The position numbers and the translations under genes were made by a program. The notes under the pieces are model-generated. The model was not told the origin of the DNA, did no database searches, and saw only the letters and a program-made list of their open reading frames with translations. Source: Hemiscyllium ocellatum (lineage: Eukaryota). From it: 64,000 nucleotides of DNA. Each line of letters begins with the position of its first letter. Position 1 is the first letter of the stretch. This document shows positions 1 to 13,038 of the stretch, piece after piece. The stretch covers positions 36,295,090-36,359,089 of the forward strand of contig NC_083435.1 in NCBI RefSeq assembly GCF_020745735.1, given 5' to 3'.

Positions 1-1010
1 CTCTTTAATCCTACTTGCCAATATCATTTCATGGACCCTTCTTGCTCTCCTAATTCACAACTTGAGTTCTTTTCTGTTTTTTTAAAAATATTCATCATGA
101 TATCAGCTTCCTAAATCCTGCATCGGCTTCTTTTTACCTTTTGACTAAATTCCCAAACTTCGTCGTTATCCAAGGGTCCCTTACCTTGTCTCCTTATTGT
201 TCTTCCTTTTAGAAACGAAGGGCTTATGTCCGAAATGTCGACCGTCCTGCTGCTAGGATGCTGCCTGACCTGCTGTGCTTTTCCAGCACCACATTTCTTG
301 ACTCTGACTCCCCAGTATTGACAGTCCTCACTTTCTTCTCCTTACAGAAACATGCTGGTTCTGAACTCTCCCCAGCAGGTCTTTAAACAACCCCCACATG
401 CCAAATATGGACCTGTCTGATAACACCTCCTCCCAATTTACACTCCCTAGCTCCAGCCCAATATGGCTGTAATTTGCCTTCCCCAATTTAGTGCCTTCCC
501 TTAAGGTCCTGAATTTACCCTTATTCACAGCTACCTTCAAACAAAAGAAGTTGTGATCACTATTTCCCAAATCGTGTCCAACTGAAAAGGGTCAATCTCC
601 TGGCCAGGCACTTTGGGCAATGTAAGGTTAGGTATGGCCCCTTCTCTGATTGGTGCTTTTCAACATTACCCAGGGCCCTGGCATTATTTGCATAAGTCCA
701 GTCCTTGTTTGTTTTGCCAAGATGCACGACCTCACATTTATCCAAATTTATCCACAGACTATTGTCCCAATTGATCAAGATCCCTTTGTAATCTTAGATG
801 ACCATCTTCACGAAACATTATATCATTCATTTTGGTGTCATCTCCAAACTTACTCATCATGAATCCTCTGTTCTCATCCAAATCATTTGTACAAACGACA
901 AACAAAAGTCAAACAGATCCTGATGAATTTCATTCTATGGTCTCAAAAGAATTAACTTGTGCGATAGCGGACACATCAGATTTAATTTCCGAAATCTCAT
1001 TAGATTTAGG
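1..1010 (-). mobile_element. Degraded CR1-type LINE fragments, with a Penelope pLTR remnant at ~205-335
   Basis: Minus-strand ORF remnants (LDKCEVVHLGKTNK; HIGLELGSVNWEEVL) resemble CR1 ORF2; many stops. Boundaries approximate. Confidence 0.6.
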
Positions 1011-2330
1011 CTAGGTTCCTTTAAATTATCAAATGGCAAACTCAACTCCTTTATACAATAAGGGAGAGAGGGAGCCAGAAATCAGAAAACTGAGCAACTT
1101 ACACTGAGCTCAACAGTCACAGGGAGAACGTTTAAAATTAATATTTAAGGGTGGTACAACAGGGTACTTTAGAAACATTTGAGGTAATCAGGCAGAGCAA
1201 ATATAGTTTTGTCATAAGGAAATCATGTTTAACTAATTTATTGGAGTTTTCCGGAAAAGTAACTTACACTGGAGAAATACAGGAACATGTAGATGTACTG
1301 TATTTAAATTTCCAGAGGCAGTTAATAAAGCATCACATCAAAGGTGAAAGAAGAATATAAAATCTTCTGATGTCAAGAGTAACATGGATTGTAGATTGGC
1401 TGTCTACCAGGAAGCAGAGAGTAGGAATAAGTCAATCTTTCTCAATTTGGCATGATGTCACGAGTGATGTGCCAATGGGGCTTGAGCTCTTTCCAATTGA
1501 AATAAACGATATGGATCGAGGGTCAAAGGTATGGTCGCTAAATTTGCTGACAAGAAAATATAGTGAGGAAAATGAGTTGTGAAGATGTCATAAGGAATCT
1601 ACAATGGGATGTAGATAAGTAAAGGGAATGGATAATTGTTTGGCAAATGGATTACCATGCCGAAAAATGTGAAATTATTCAGTTTGACAGAAAGAATAAA
1701 AAAGAAGCATATATCTAAATGATGAGATGTTGCAGAAGTCTGAAATGCAGATGGATCTGGTGTTCTAATGCATGAATCCCAGGATATAAATATGCAGGAA
1801 TAAGTAATCAGAAAAACTAATAGAATGTGGCAGCTGATTGTGAGGAGTTGGGAGGCTGTGCTTCAGTTATACAGGGCAATGGTAAGACTGTATCTCGAGT
1901 ACTGTGTACAATGCTGATCACTGTACTTGCCATTCATGTTAATGTTGGAAGCAGCTTAGAGAAGGTTTACCAGACCAATACCTGGAATGAGTGGATTGCC
2001 TTATGGGAAAGGCTACACAGGCTAATCCTAACCCTTGGAAGTCTAGAAGAGTCAGAAATAATGTAATGGAAATGCAAGTACTGCAGGAATTTGACTGAGG
2101 TGTTTTCTCTTGTGGGAGAATCTAGAACTGGGTGTCGTTGTTTAAAACAAAGCACTTATTTCCTTCAGAGGGGTGTGAGTGTTTGTAACTCCCTTCCTCA
2201 AACAGCAGTGGGTGCAGAACCTTGAAATATTTTCCATACAAAGTGAGATAGGTGCCTGATGATGATGGGGATGGAAGATTATCGGGGATGTACAGGAATG
2301 TCGAGCCGAGGTTAAAATCAGACCAACCCT
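1011..2330 (+). mobile_element. Degraded CR1 LINE RT and 3' region
   Basis: Remnants such as KSCLTNLLEFSGKV, VDVLYLNFQ and WIVDWLSTRKQRVGI match CR1 RT subdomains; frameshifted. Confidence 0.75.
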
Positions 2331-3369
2331 GATCTTATTGAATGGTGGAGCAAGTGCAAAGGGCTGAGTGGCCTCCTCTTCCTTCTTCCATGCTCAGAGA
2401 TATTCCATTCACTGATCATTCCTGGTTTCTTAATTACATTGGAATTCTGCCAGCTGCAATGCTGAAATTCAGACCCATGCCCCTGAGCATTAACCAGGGC
2501 CTGTGGGTGACCATTCAGTCAGGGTCTGGGTATATCTGCCTCCTCCTCTAACTGTTGGTTTTCTGTTTGTCCACCAGCATTTACAACTGGATGTGATGGG
2601 AGTTTAGATTTGATCTGTTGGTTATGGGATCACTTAGCTCTGTCTCAAGCTGTTTAGTGTGTCAGTTCTCTTGCATCATTGCCTCCCCAGGTTGACATCT
2701 CCCATCTGTGTATTCCTGGTGTTGCTCATGGCAAGCCCTCCGACATTGCTCAGTAAACCAGGATTAATACTCTGGTCCAGGGGGGCCATGAGCTCACAGA
2801 TTGTGGTTGTGTCTAATTCAGCTGCTGCTACTGGCTCACACCTCCTCAGGGAGCCCAGGTTGAAGTTGTCAGATTTGCTAGAAGACTATTCCATGTTGGC
2901 TGTGCCATATGACATGATGGAGGGTATCGTCAATATGAAGGTGGATACAACACAGACCATCAATTGATCCTGCACAGACTGTCAATGGATACAACATATT
3001 TCATATTTTCCCAGCAGCAACATTTTGCACCATGTGTGATTTTGGTGCCACTATGACTGGTTATGAATCTGTCTTTGATCTTTCACCCTGCATTCCCTGT
3101 TTTTGTTTAATATTAATCTTGTTCTGAGAAAGGATCTGTTTCATTTCAGCTCATATTTTAAACAACTTAGCATCCTGCCCTTTCCTATCACAGTCTTGCG
3201 TTTTAAAGTGATTTGCAATCCCATTCCGAGACCCGACATGGACCACATCTCATGTAGCTTCTCGTTTGAGAAAGTCTAAGCTCTAGTTTGAGTTTATATG
3301 ACTGTGTGTGACAGATATCAAGTTGCAATCTTCAATTTCAGGTGACACTGGATTGGATTGCGTAGAACA

Positions 3370-3466
3370 ATGAGTCACAGAAAAGCAGAGGGGAAAAAGA
3401 CAGGTTGGGGCAATTATTTCCAACAGACAAAGCTAAACGCCGGCCAATCTGACTGTCTGATCTCAG
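3370..3466 (+). CDS. Coding exon 1 of the septin/AIG1-like GTPase gene (MSHRKAEGKKTGWGNYFQQTKLNAGQSDCLIS + 1 nt)
   Basis: Acceptor ttcaatttcag ends at 3341. An in-frame TGA at 3343-3345 precedes ATG 3370. Donor CAG|GTAATA at 3466/3467. The 97 nt (phase 1) match the phase of the acceptor at 3775. Confidence 0.75.
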
Positions 3467-3775
3467 GTAATAACACATCTAACTGGAGAACAACGAACAC
3501 TAATCTCTGTCTGATCATATGATCCATACCATATCATTTTCTATTAATTTCTGTCATTTAATGTGATCCACTGAGTGATGTTTCATTAACTTCTGTCAAC
3601 TCATGTGATCCTCAGTTTTTTTCTCTATTCTGTCGTGTCATTGTTGAATATCAGGACAGGTAAAGCACAAATATATCACAGAATCGATATTACCTGGTCT
3701 GCACTGTATCAATATTTCTTCTTTTTCACCATGTTCATGTCCATATTAATATATTCTGACTTGTTCTTTCTGCAG

Positions 3776-5658
3776 GGATTGAGGGTGGAGCTAACATTGA
3801 TAATGGTCAGGGCAGGACAGGATTGAGAGAAGGAAAGGCAGTTCCCTCCAACACAGAGAATGACTGTGGAGAAGGAGGTTCGGGTTTAATACAAACAGAG
3901 AATCAGCCAAAGAGACTGGCTGTGAAACTTCTCATAGAATGTACATTAACAGCCTGGGGGAACCCTCACATTTACAAACTGCCCTTACAGAAGAAGGTAC
4001 TTAATGAGGCTGGACACCTTGTAAAATGCTCCTTTGGAAAACCCACTAGAAAACACAGTGTGAGGAAAATCATGGTTCTTGGAGCAACAGGAGCAGGAAA
4101 AACAACCCTCATCAATAGGATGGTCAACTACATCCTGGGTGTGAGATGGGAGGACAACTTCAGATACAAATTAATTGATGAAGAGACAGGAAGATCCCAG
4201 GCTGAAAGTCAGACATCATCAATCACTGCCTATGAACTGCACCATCGAGCAGGATTCCAGATTGATTACTCTCTCACTATCATCGACACTCCAGGATTCG
4301 GAGATACCAGGGGGATAACCCGAGATAAATTGATCACTGATCAGATCCGAGAGTTCTTCTCTTCCCCATATGGTGTTGATCAGATCGATGCCGTGTGTTT
4401 TGTTGCTCAGGCCTCTTTGGCTCGTCTGACCCCGACACAGAAATATATCTTTGATTCAATTCTTTCCATTTTTGGTAAAGATATTGCAGAGAACATCCGA
4501 ATCCTGGTGACATTTGCAGATGGGCAGGTTCCCCCTGTTCTGGAGGCCATCAACGTTGCTGAGGTACCGTGTCCCAAAGATAAAAAAGGTATCCCACTTC
4601 ATTTCAAGTTCAACAATTCAGCCATATTTGCTCAAAGACCATCTCATGATAACTCTGTCAACAAGAGGGACCCTGATGGTAGCAGTGAGGAGGAGGAAGA
4701 TAGCGATACCTTTGATGCAACGTTCTGGAATATGGGATCAAAGAGTATGGAGAAATTCTTTTCAGCTTTGAACAAAATGGAAACAAAGAGTTTATGTTAC
4801 ACAAAGGAGGTCCTGAGGGAGCGTCAGCAGCTGGAGGCTGCGATAGAAGGATTACAGCTACAAATCCAAATGTGTTTGACCAAACTGGAGGAGATCAGGA
4901 AGACACAACAAGCTTTGAACCAACACCAGCTCGATCTGGATGCAAATAAAGATTTTGAGTATGAGGTTTTTGCCCCATTTTTAAAAAGGATAGATATCAG
5001 TGGCAATAATTCGGCAAGCAACTGCTCGAAATGTAAGTTCACCTGTCACTATCCCTGTACTATTGCTCGTGGTGTTTTGAAGCGGTTCTGTGAGACAATG
5101 ACCTGGAAGGGGAACTGCACAGTCTGTCCAAATAAATGCAAGTCATCTTTTCATTCAAATGAAAACTACAGATTTGAATATGGAACCAGAAAGGTAAAAA
5201 AAACATACAGCGAGCTGAAGGAAAACTATGAGAAGGCTCTTGATGAAAAGATGACACAAGAAAAAATCATAAAGAAACTTCAGCAGGAGTTAGAGGAGGT
5301 GCGGCATGTGGTGTCGAAGTTGATTGAAACATCATCCAAGTGTATTTCACGACTTGAGGAAATAGCTCTCAGACCAAACCCATCATCAACTGCAGATTAC
5401 ATTGAGCTGCTGATTCAATCTGAGAAAGAGGAGGCAAAGCCTGGATACATGGAGAGAATCCAGTCATTGAAGGAACTCAAACAAAGGGCTGAGATAATGG
5501 CAACAGTAGCTAGGAACGAGAATCCAAACAGATACAAAGACAAAGGTGAAGATGAAAAGAAAGACCTTAGGGAAAGATTGAGTGAAAAGATTTCTGCCGT
5601 GTGCAGTTGGCTCCAGAGTGCTCAGGAGAAAGATAAACATGATGGAAAGTCTGATTAA
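3776..5658 (+). CDS. Coding exon 2 of a TRAFAC-class septin/AIG1(GIMAP)-like GTPase; spliced product 659 aa
   Basis: Acceptor ttgttctttctgcag ends at 3775 and the frame is open to TAA 5658. G1 GATGAGKT (4081-4104), G3 DTPG (4285-4296), atypical G4-like VTFAD, FKFNNSA, acidic SSEEEEDSD, Cys/His cluster CSKCKFTCHYPC...CTVCPNKC...H, Lys/Glu coiled-coil tail. No disabling lesions. Confidence 0.9.
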
Positions 5659-5735
5659 CATATGATGTCATTCAGTTATGAATGTTCTGAAGAGTAAAGC
5701 TTCCCTCTATTCATATAAAAAACTTTCTTTCCAAA

Positions 5736-5741
5736 AATAAA
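5736..5741 (+). terminator. Candidate polyadenylation signal of the GTPase gene
   Basis: AATAAA 78 nt after the stop codon. Confidence 0.5.
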
Positions 5742-7179
5742 ATTCCTAAGTCTACTTCACTGATTAAACCAATTCCATCCAACTGTAACCAAAATGGGAA
5801 CGATTACAATCTCACTTCATATCGACTTCAACAATTTAAATTCCTCATTCCAGTTCCTTCCTGTTGGGAGAGTGAGGTGTTTACTGGCAGATCTCCTGGT
5901 TTGAAAATGCTTCAGTTAATAACATAAAAAATAGCAGAAGGAGCAGAACATAAAACCTATCCAACCATCTTCACAATTAACTGTCATCATGACTGACATC
6001 CAGCTTTGTTTAAACTTTCGTATTTACTCCCCAGATCATGCAATTCTCAGAATAAACCAAACATCTGTATTGCAATCTTAAATTGTATTGACTGAGGATT
6101 TCTATGATTCACAACACTGAAGAAGTTAGTAATGATTTCTGTCCTAAGTGATTGTGCTCTGCTCCTGAAACTGTGCCCACTTGTCCTAGATTTCCCACCA
6201 ATGGAGACAATATCTATTATAAGGCCATTCAAAATGTTGTATTTCCCTATGGATTTTTACTGCTTGGAATATGATCCCAGTGGCCGGAGTGTGGTTGCCA
6301 TCTTGACAGTTTGAGTTGTAGGTTTAAGTTCATCTTGTTGGGTGGGTGATGGTCTAATGATGCCACTGGAATCTTCCTTAGCTGATAAATCAGTGGTCCT
6401 ACATGTTGAGCAGCACTTGGAGAAAACAGTGCAGGGTGCAAGGGCATATATATTTTGGATGGAGTATTTCAACATGCCACTGGTCAGCATCACTCCAGAT
6501 CAAGCTCTAAAGGACATAGCTGTTGGACTGGGACTACAGCAGGTGATCGGGGAAAAGGCATATTCATCCCATGATAGCACATGATCAATACATTGAGAGA
6601 TCAAGGATTGAGAAGTATTGGATCCAGAGACAGAGAATGTGGTTTGCTTTACATTCACATCCCTGTAGCAAGAGGATTTCTATCTAATTACACATACCAA
6701 CCACAAAAATAGGTTTCTGATTCTATCCTGACCAAGTTTGGCAAAGATATGGCAGACAACATCTCTTTGCAATGTACATAAATGTGCCTTCAGGCTTTCC
6801 ATTGCCATATGACCTCAACTGTGAGGCACTCACTGTTGAATCTGCTTTACAGTCAGTTGCATAAAGACACACTATAGACCAGACTGCTTCTTGTGGGCTC
6901 ATCGCAAAATCCCAATCCTAGTGACGGTCACAAATGGCCAAGTTCTCTCCTACTGAGGAGGCCGTCTCCATTGCTGAGTGTGCAAAAGAAAAAATGATTT
7001 TCTGCTTCACTCCAATTTCAAGAATTTAGCCATATTTATCCAAAGATCAACTTCAGGCAACTCTGCTCACAATAGGAGCCACAGTCACTTTTCCAAAACT
7101 CAGGTAGACTGTCACTTGATATTTGGAAAAAAAAACCCTTCTAGAACTTTTTTATAATGTCCATTCTTTTCGGTCAATA

Positions 7180-8575
7180 TTATTCATGGCATCACTTAGG
7201 TACCTCTGTCTCCATCTTGTGATTTGGCCTTGTTGTTCTCAGCAGTTCATTGGAATGTTGCCAAGGAGATAAAATGCATGTGGATACCATTTTCGATTTT
7301 AAAGACATTAAGAGGCTGAGGTAGAAGCTGGGAGTGTGACATTGGAATAGAGGATCATCCAGGATCAAATTGAATGATGGAGCAGTCTTGAGGGCTGAAT
7401 AGACTATTCTTAATTTCTATGTTACTCAGAGCGTGTTCGCTGTTGCTCATGCTGTGTCCTTGCACTGATCTTGTTAAAGTTCCCTCCTTGGACAGCAGTG
7501 TTTCTGGTATTGCTGATGGCCTTTTCCATGTTTCCAGCTCTGGTCTAAGTGAACATGGACTCAGTCTTTTCTTATTTGCTTGCAATTTCAGTAAAAGTGA
7601 ATGACCTTGGTATCTCATCATCACTGATAGCTTTTGCTCAATTCCAGTCATTTTGGTAGTCACTGTGCAAGTATAGTTTCTCATTTAAACAGTGCAAATC
7701 AATGTTGAAGTATTAACTTCCTCTTTCCTCCCCTCAGCTGTTGTCCCGGGTCACCTGGAGGATTATTTTGCCTGAGTCTTACATCTTCTTTCATTCAACA
7801 ATTCTGCAGTTGGTTTCATGTCAGCCTGGAGGGATATGGGTCAAAGTGACGAGAAGGCAAGTTGTGGGTCTTACTTTGTGTCTCAGCATTTCACAAGGAT
7901 TCTTTTGATCATCTGATCAAAATTTTATCTTCACATAATGATGTCTAACCCATCCTGTTTCGTGAAAACCCAAACTTGCTGAATGTGAATTGGATGCCTT
8001 CTCCAATATTAATCTTTCAAGGATCCGTTGTTCAGCAAGCCAATCTTGTATTGCTGTGACTCTTGGGTCTTTAAAAAGGGCACATTTGAAGTAGTCAGTT
8101 GCGTTATGACAGTGTGCTTCTTGTGTGTGAACAAACCAGTTCCCACAATGTGTCATGGTCTGGATTGTACCTTGGTAGCTATCAACCCCTTTTTCTGTGT
8201 CTGTTTCTTTGGCATAAATTGCACGCAGACTCCAAATTTTCAATGACTTTATAATGCACTTCAAATGCACAATTGGTTTGGCTCTGCACTTCTATTTCTC
8301 CATTCCAACGTGCTCAACATACGTTTTCTGGTAAGCTCTTCCTGCATTATATTGGGTGTGTTTATTCCGGATCTGGGCCACACAACTACCATCTTTCACT
8401 GAGCTGTCATCACTGATAGACCAGAGCAGCCATACTGCTGACTGCATTTGCTGTATCTGATCAGGCCATCCCTGGATCACTTGCCGAGGGAGCATCTGTA
8501 ACTCCTTCACTTTTCAATCTCATCTCTAATCAGATTCAGTTTCAGAGCAGTGTCACCTTCACAAAGTGGTGAGCC
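7180..8575 (-). mobile_element. Degraded Gypsy LTR-retrotransposon pol (integrase region)
   Basis: Minus ORFs 8292-8510 (VIQGWPDQ...EHVGMEK), 7917-8270 (GVDSY...TDYF) and 7355-7684 (IPETLLSKEG) follow the order of Gypsy linker, Zn-finger and rve core; broken by stops and frameshifts. Confidence 0.7.
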
Positions 8576-9100
8576 TTTACAGAACATAGAACATAGTACA
8601 CTACAGCGCAGTACAGACCCTTCGGCCCTCGATGTTGCGCGGCCCTGTGAAACCAGTCTGAAGCCCATCTAACCTACATTATACCATTCTTGTCCATATG
8701 CCTATCCAACGACCATTTAAATGCCAGTAAAGTTGGTGAGTCCACAACTGTTGCAAGCAGTGCGTTTCACAGCCCTATTACTCTCTGAATTAAGAAGCCA
8801 CCTCTCACATCTGTCCTATATCTGTCACCCCTCAATTTGAAGCTATGTCACCTCATGCTAGCCATCACCATCCAAGGAAAAAGGTTCTCACTATCCACTC
8901 TATCTAACCCTCTGATTGTCTTATATGTCTCAATTAAGTCACCTCACAACCTTCTTCTCTCTAACAAAAACAGCCTCAAGTCCCTCAACCTTTCCTCATA
9001 AGACCTTCCTTCCACACCAGGCAAAATCCTAGTAAATATCCTCTGAACCCTTTCCAAAGCTTGCAATACTTCCTATAATGCAGTTATCAGAACTGCACGT

Positions 9101-9504
9101 ATGGAAGTTATTATGGCAGTAATGTAATTAATTTAGTGTTGCCATGCATGCCCGGGATCACTTTACACGGCTCCAGTGACAGATAATGTGATAGGTTAGT
9201 TAAATCACTGGAAGATGAGCTAATGATGAAGATGGTGGTGTCGTAATGTGAGAGGTTAAGTGTGATGGAGGGAACCAGTGTGGCAGATGATGATTGGTTT
9301 GGAAAGACAAAATAAGCCAGCATGATTGGCTCTGCCAATGTTACCCGATAAGCGTGGGACCAACAAATTGTATAAATTGGTCAGGGAAGGCATTTTTCTG
9401 GCTGCTACAGCTTTGATTTTGCAGGATTAACGTTTAATTTCGTGGAGGATTTTCTGTGTCTCCTGGTAATTTTTTACAGAGCATTGAGTAACTCTTCCAC
9501 AACA
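9101..9504. mobile_element. Solo-LTR-like insertion inside CR1
   Basis: 404 bp of non-CR1 sequence flanked by CACGT (9096-9100) and CATGT (9505-9509). Ends ...CTTCCACAACA with a partial inverted match to the start ATGGAAG. TATAAA at 9371 and upstream CCAAT motifs. Confidence 0.6.
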
Positions 9505-11228
9505 CATGTAATACTCCAAGCATGGCCGCATCAGAGTCTTGTACTGCTGCAGCATGACCTCATGGTTCTGAAACTCGATCCCTCTACCAATAAAACCTAA
9601 CACACCGAATGCCTTCTTAACAGTTCAAACAACCTAACTGGCAACTTTTAGGGATCTATATACAAGCGCAACAAGATCTCTCTGCCCGTCTACACTACCA
9701 AGAATCTTATCTTTCCCCCAGTACTCTGTATTCTTGTTACTCCTTCCAAAGTGAATCATCTCACACTTTTCTGCATTAAACTCCATTTACCACCTCTCAG
9801 CCCAGCTCTGCAGCTTATCTATGTCCCTCTGCAACCTACAACATGCTTCAGCACTATCCACAACTGTACTGACCTTAGTGTCATCTGCAAATTTACTATC
9901 CCATCATTCTACACCCTCATCCAGGTCCTTTATAAAAATCACAAACAGCAGTGGCCCCAAAACAGATCCTTGCAGTACACCACTAATAACTGAACTCCAG
10001 GATGTACATTTCCCATCAACCACCACCCTCTGTCTTCTTTCAGCTAGCCAATTTCTGATCCAAACCACTAAATCACCCTTCATATTTTGTGCAGTAGCCT
10101 CCCATGGGAAACCTTATCAAATGCCTGACTGAAATCCATATACACCACATCAATGGCTTTACCCATATCCACCTTTTTGGTCATCTTCTCAAAGAACTCA
10201 ATAATGTTTGAGAGGCGCAACCGACCCTTCACAAAACCATGTTGACTATCCCTAATCAATTTCTTCATTTCTAGATGATTATAAATCCTATCTCTAATAA
10301 CCTTTTCCAACCCTTTACCCAGGCTCACTGGTCTTTAATTGCCAGGGTTGTCTCTACTCCCCCTCTTGATCAAAGGAACAAGATTTGCCATCCTCCAGTC
10401 CTCTGGCAATATTCCTGTCGACAATGACGGCATAAAGATCAAGCCAAATGCTCGACAACCTCCTCCCTGGCTTCCCAGCAAATCCTAGGATAAATCCCAT
10501 CGGACCCAGGGGACTTATCTATTTTTACAGAAGTTCTAACACCTCCTCTTTGTGAACCACAATCCATCTAGTCTAGCAGCCTGTTCCTCTGTATTCTCCT
10601 TGACAACATTGTCTTTTTCTGTTGTGAATCCTGATGAAAAATATTCATTTAGTGCTTCCCCTATCTCCTCTAACATCAAGCACAACTTCCCACTATTGTC
10701 CTTGATTGGCCCTCATTTTACTCCAATCATTCTTTTATCCCTTATATGTCTATAGAAAGCTTTAGGGTTTTCCCTGATCCTATCTGTCAATAACTTCTCA
10801 TGTCCCCTTCTCACTCATCTGAGCTCTCTCTTTAGGTTTTTCCTGGATACCTTGTAACTCTCAATCGCCATAACTGAGCCCTCATATCTCATACTAACAA
10901 ATGCATTATTTTTACACTTGACAAGAGATTCAATTTCCTTCGTAAATCATGACTCCTGCGCTCAACAACTTCATCCCAGCCTGACAGGTACATACTTATC
11001 AAGGACCCGCAGTAGCTGTTTCTTGAATAAGCTCCACATTTCAACTGTGCCCATCCTCTGCAATTTCCTTTCCCATCCTATGCATCCTAAGTCTTGTCTA
11101 ATCACATTGTAATTGCCTTTCCCCTAGTTCTAACTCTTGCTCTGAGGCGTATACCTATCCCTTTTCACCACAAAAATAAACATAACCAAATTGTGGTCAC
11201 TATCACCAAAGTGCTCACCTACATTTGT

Positions 11229-11501
11229 GGGCGGCACGGTGGCACAGTGGTTAGCACTGCTGCCTCACAGCGCCAGAGACCCGGGTTCAATTCCCGCCTC
11301 AGGCGACACATTCTCCCCGTGTCTGCGTGGGTTTCCTCCGGGTGCTCCGGTTTCCTCCCACAGTTCAAAGATGTGCAGGTCAGGTGAATTGGCCATGCTA
11401 AATTGCCCGTAGTGTTAGGTAAGGGGTAAATGTAGGGGTATGGGTGGGTTGTGCTTCGGTGGGTCAGTGTGGACTTGTTTACTGTAAGTAATCTAATCTA
11501 A
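11229..11501 (+). mobile_element. HE1-like tRNA-derived V-SINE inserted in CR1
   Basis: A box TGGCACAGTGG, B box GGTTCAATTCCC, V-domain remnant, (AATCT)n tail. Confidence 0.9.
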
Positions 11502-11876
11502 ACCTCCAAATCTAATACCTGGCCTGGTTCATTACCCAGTACCAAATCCAATGTCCCTTGTTGGCCTGTCTATATACTGTGTCAGGAAACCCTCTTGCAG
11601 ACATTGGACAAAAACTGACCCATCTAATTCCCAGTCAATATTTGGCAAGTTGAAATCCTCCATAACAACTACCCTGTCACTCTCGCTCCTATCAAGAATT
11701 GTCTTTGCTATCCTTTCCTCTCCATCTCTGGAACAATTCGGGGGCCTATAGAAAACTCCCAACAGGGTGACGACTCCTTTCCTGTTTCTAACCTTAGCCC
11801 AAACTACCTCAGCTGACGAGTTCTCAAATGTTCCTTTTGTAGTCGTAATACTGTCTTAGACTAATAATGCCACACC

Positions 11877-13038
11877 ATTGGAAGAGGGAGTTGAAGGGTG
11901 ATTAGATTAGATTACTTACAGTGTGGAAAAAGGCCCTTTGGGCCAACAAGTACACACCGACCCGCCAAAGCGCAGCCCACCCATCCCCCTACATTTACCC
12001 CTTAACCTAACACTACGGGCAATTTACCTGGCCTGCATATCTTTGGACTGTGGGAGGAAACCGGAGCACCCGGAGGAAACCCACGGAGACAATGTGCAAA
12101 CTCCACACAGTCAGCTGCCTGAGTCCGGAATTGAACCCGGGTCTCTGGCGCTGTGAGGCAGCAGTGCTAACCACTGTGCCACCATGCCGCAGACAATACG
12201 AAGATTGGTGGAGTTATGGATAGTGAGGAGGGCTGTTGTCAGCTGCAAAGGGACTTAGATATGATGCAGAGCTGGGCTGAGGAGTGGCAAATGGAATTCA
12301 ACCCTGTCAAGTGTGAGGTTGTCCATTTTGGAAGGACAAATAAGAATGTGGAATACAGGGTTAACGGTAGGGTTCTTAGTAAGGTGGAGGTGCAGAGGGA
12401 TCTTGGGGTCTATGTCCATAGCTCTTTGAAAGTTGCCACTCAGGTGGATTGAGCTTGTAAGAAGGCCTATGGTGTATTAGCATTCATTAGCAGAGGGATT
12501 GAATTCAAGAGTCATGAGGTGATGTTGCAGCTGTACAGGACCTTGGTAAGGCCACATTTGGATTACTGTGTGCAGTTCTGGTCACCTCACTTTAGGAAAG
12601 ATGTGGAAGCTTTGGAGAGGGTGCAGAGGAGATTTACTAGGATGTTGCCTGGAATGGAGAATAGGTCGTACGAGGATAGGTTGAGAGTGCTAGGCCTTTT
12701 CTCATTGGAACGGCGAAGGATGAGGAGTGACTTGATAGAGGAATAGATAGAGTAGACAGTTAAAGATTTTTTTCCCTGGGTATAACAGAGTGTTACAAGG
12801 GGACATAAATTTAAGGTGAAGGGTGGAAGGTATCGGGGGGATGTCAGGGGTAGGTTTTTTACCCAGAGAGTGGTGGGGACAAGGAATGCGCTGCCTGTGG
12901 GATGGCAGAGTCAGAATCATTGGTGACCTTTAAGCGGCAATTGGATAGGTACATGGATTGGTGCCTAAGCTAGGACAAATGTTCGGCACAACATCGTGGC
13001 CTGTTCTGTGCTGTATTGTTCTATGTTCTATGTTCTAT
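11877..13038 (+). mobile_element. 5'-truncated CR1 LINE carrying a minus-strand SINE at 11901-12190
   Basis: ORF remnants MEFNPVKCEVVHFG and LVRPHLDYCVQFWSP; (GTTCTAT)n tail; CACC on both flanks (11873-11876, 13039-13042). Confidence 0.85.

Noticed and set aside
3138-3147. ISRE-like GTTTCATTTC upstream of the GTPase exon
   Set aside because: A single short motif with 1-nt spacing, common by chance in AT-rich DNA. The TSS is unknown and an acceptor at 3341 implies the promoter is further upstream.
3823-3825. ORF-track start of the 611-aa GTPase
   Set aside because: It is a TTG. The frame is open back to a splice acceptor at 3775 that matches an upstream ATG-containing exon in phase.
11229-11300. 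tRNA genes suggested by A/B boxes here and in other copies
   Set aside because: They are SINE heads followed by V domain and LINE-derived tail, with no cloverleaf or anticodon arm.
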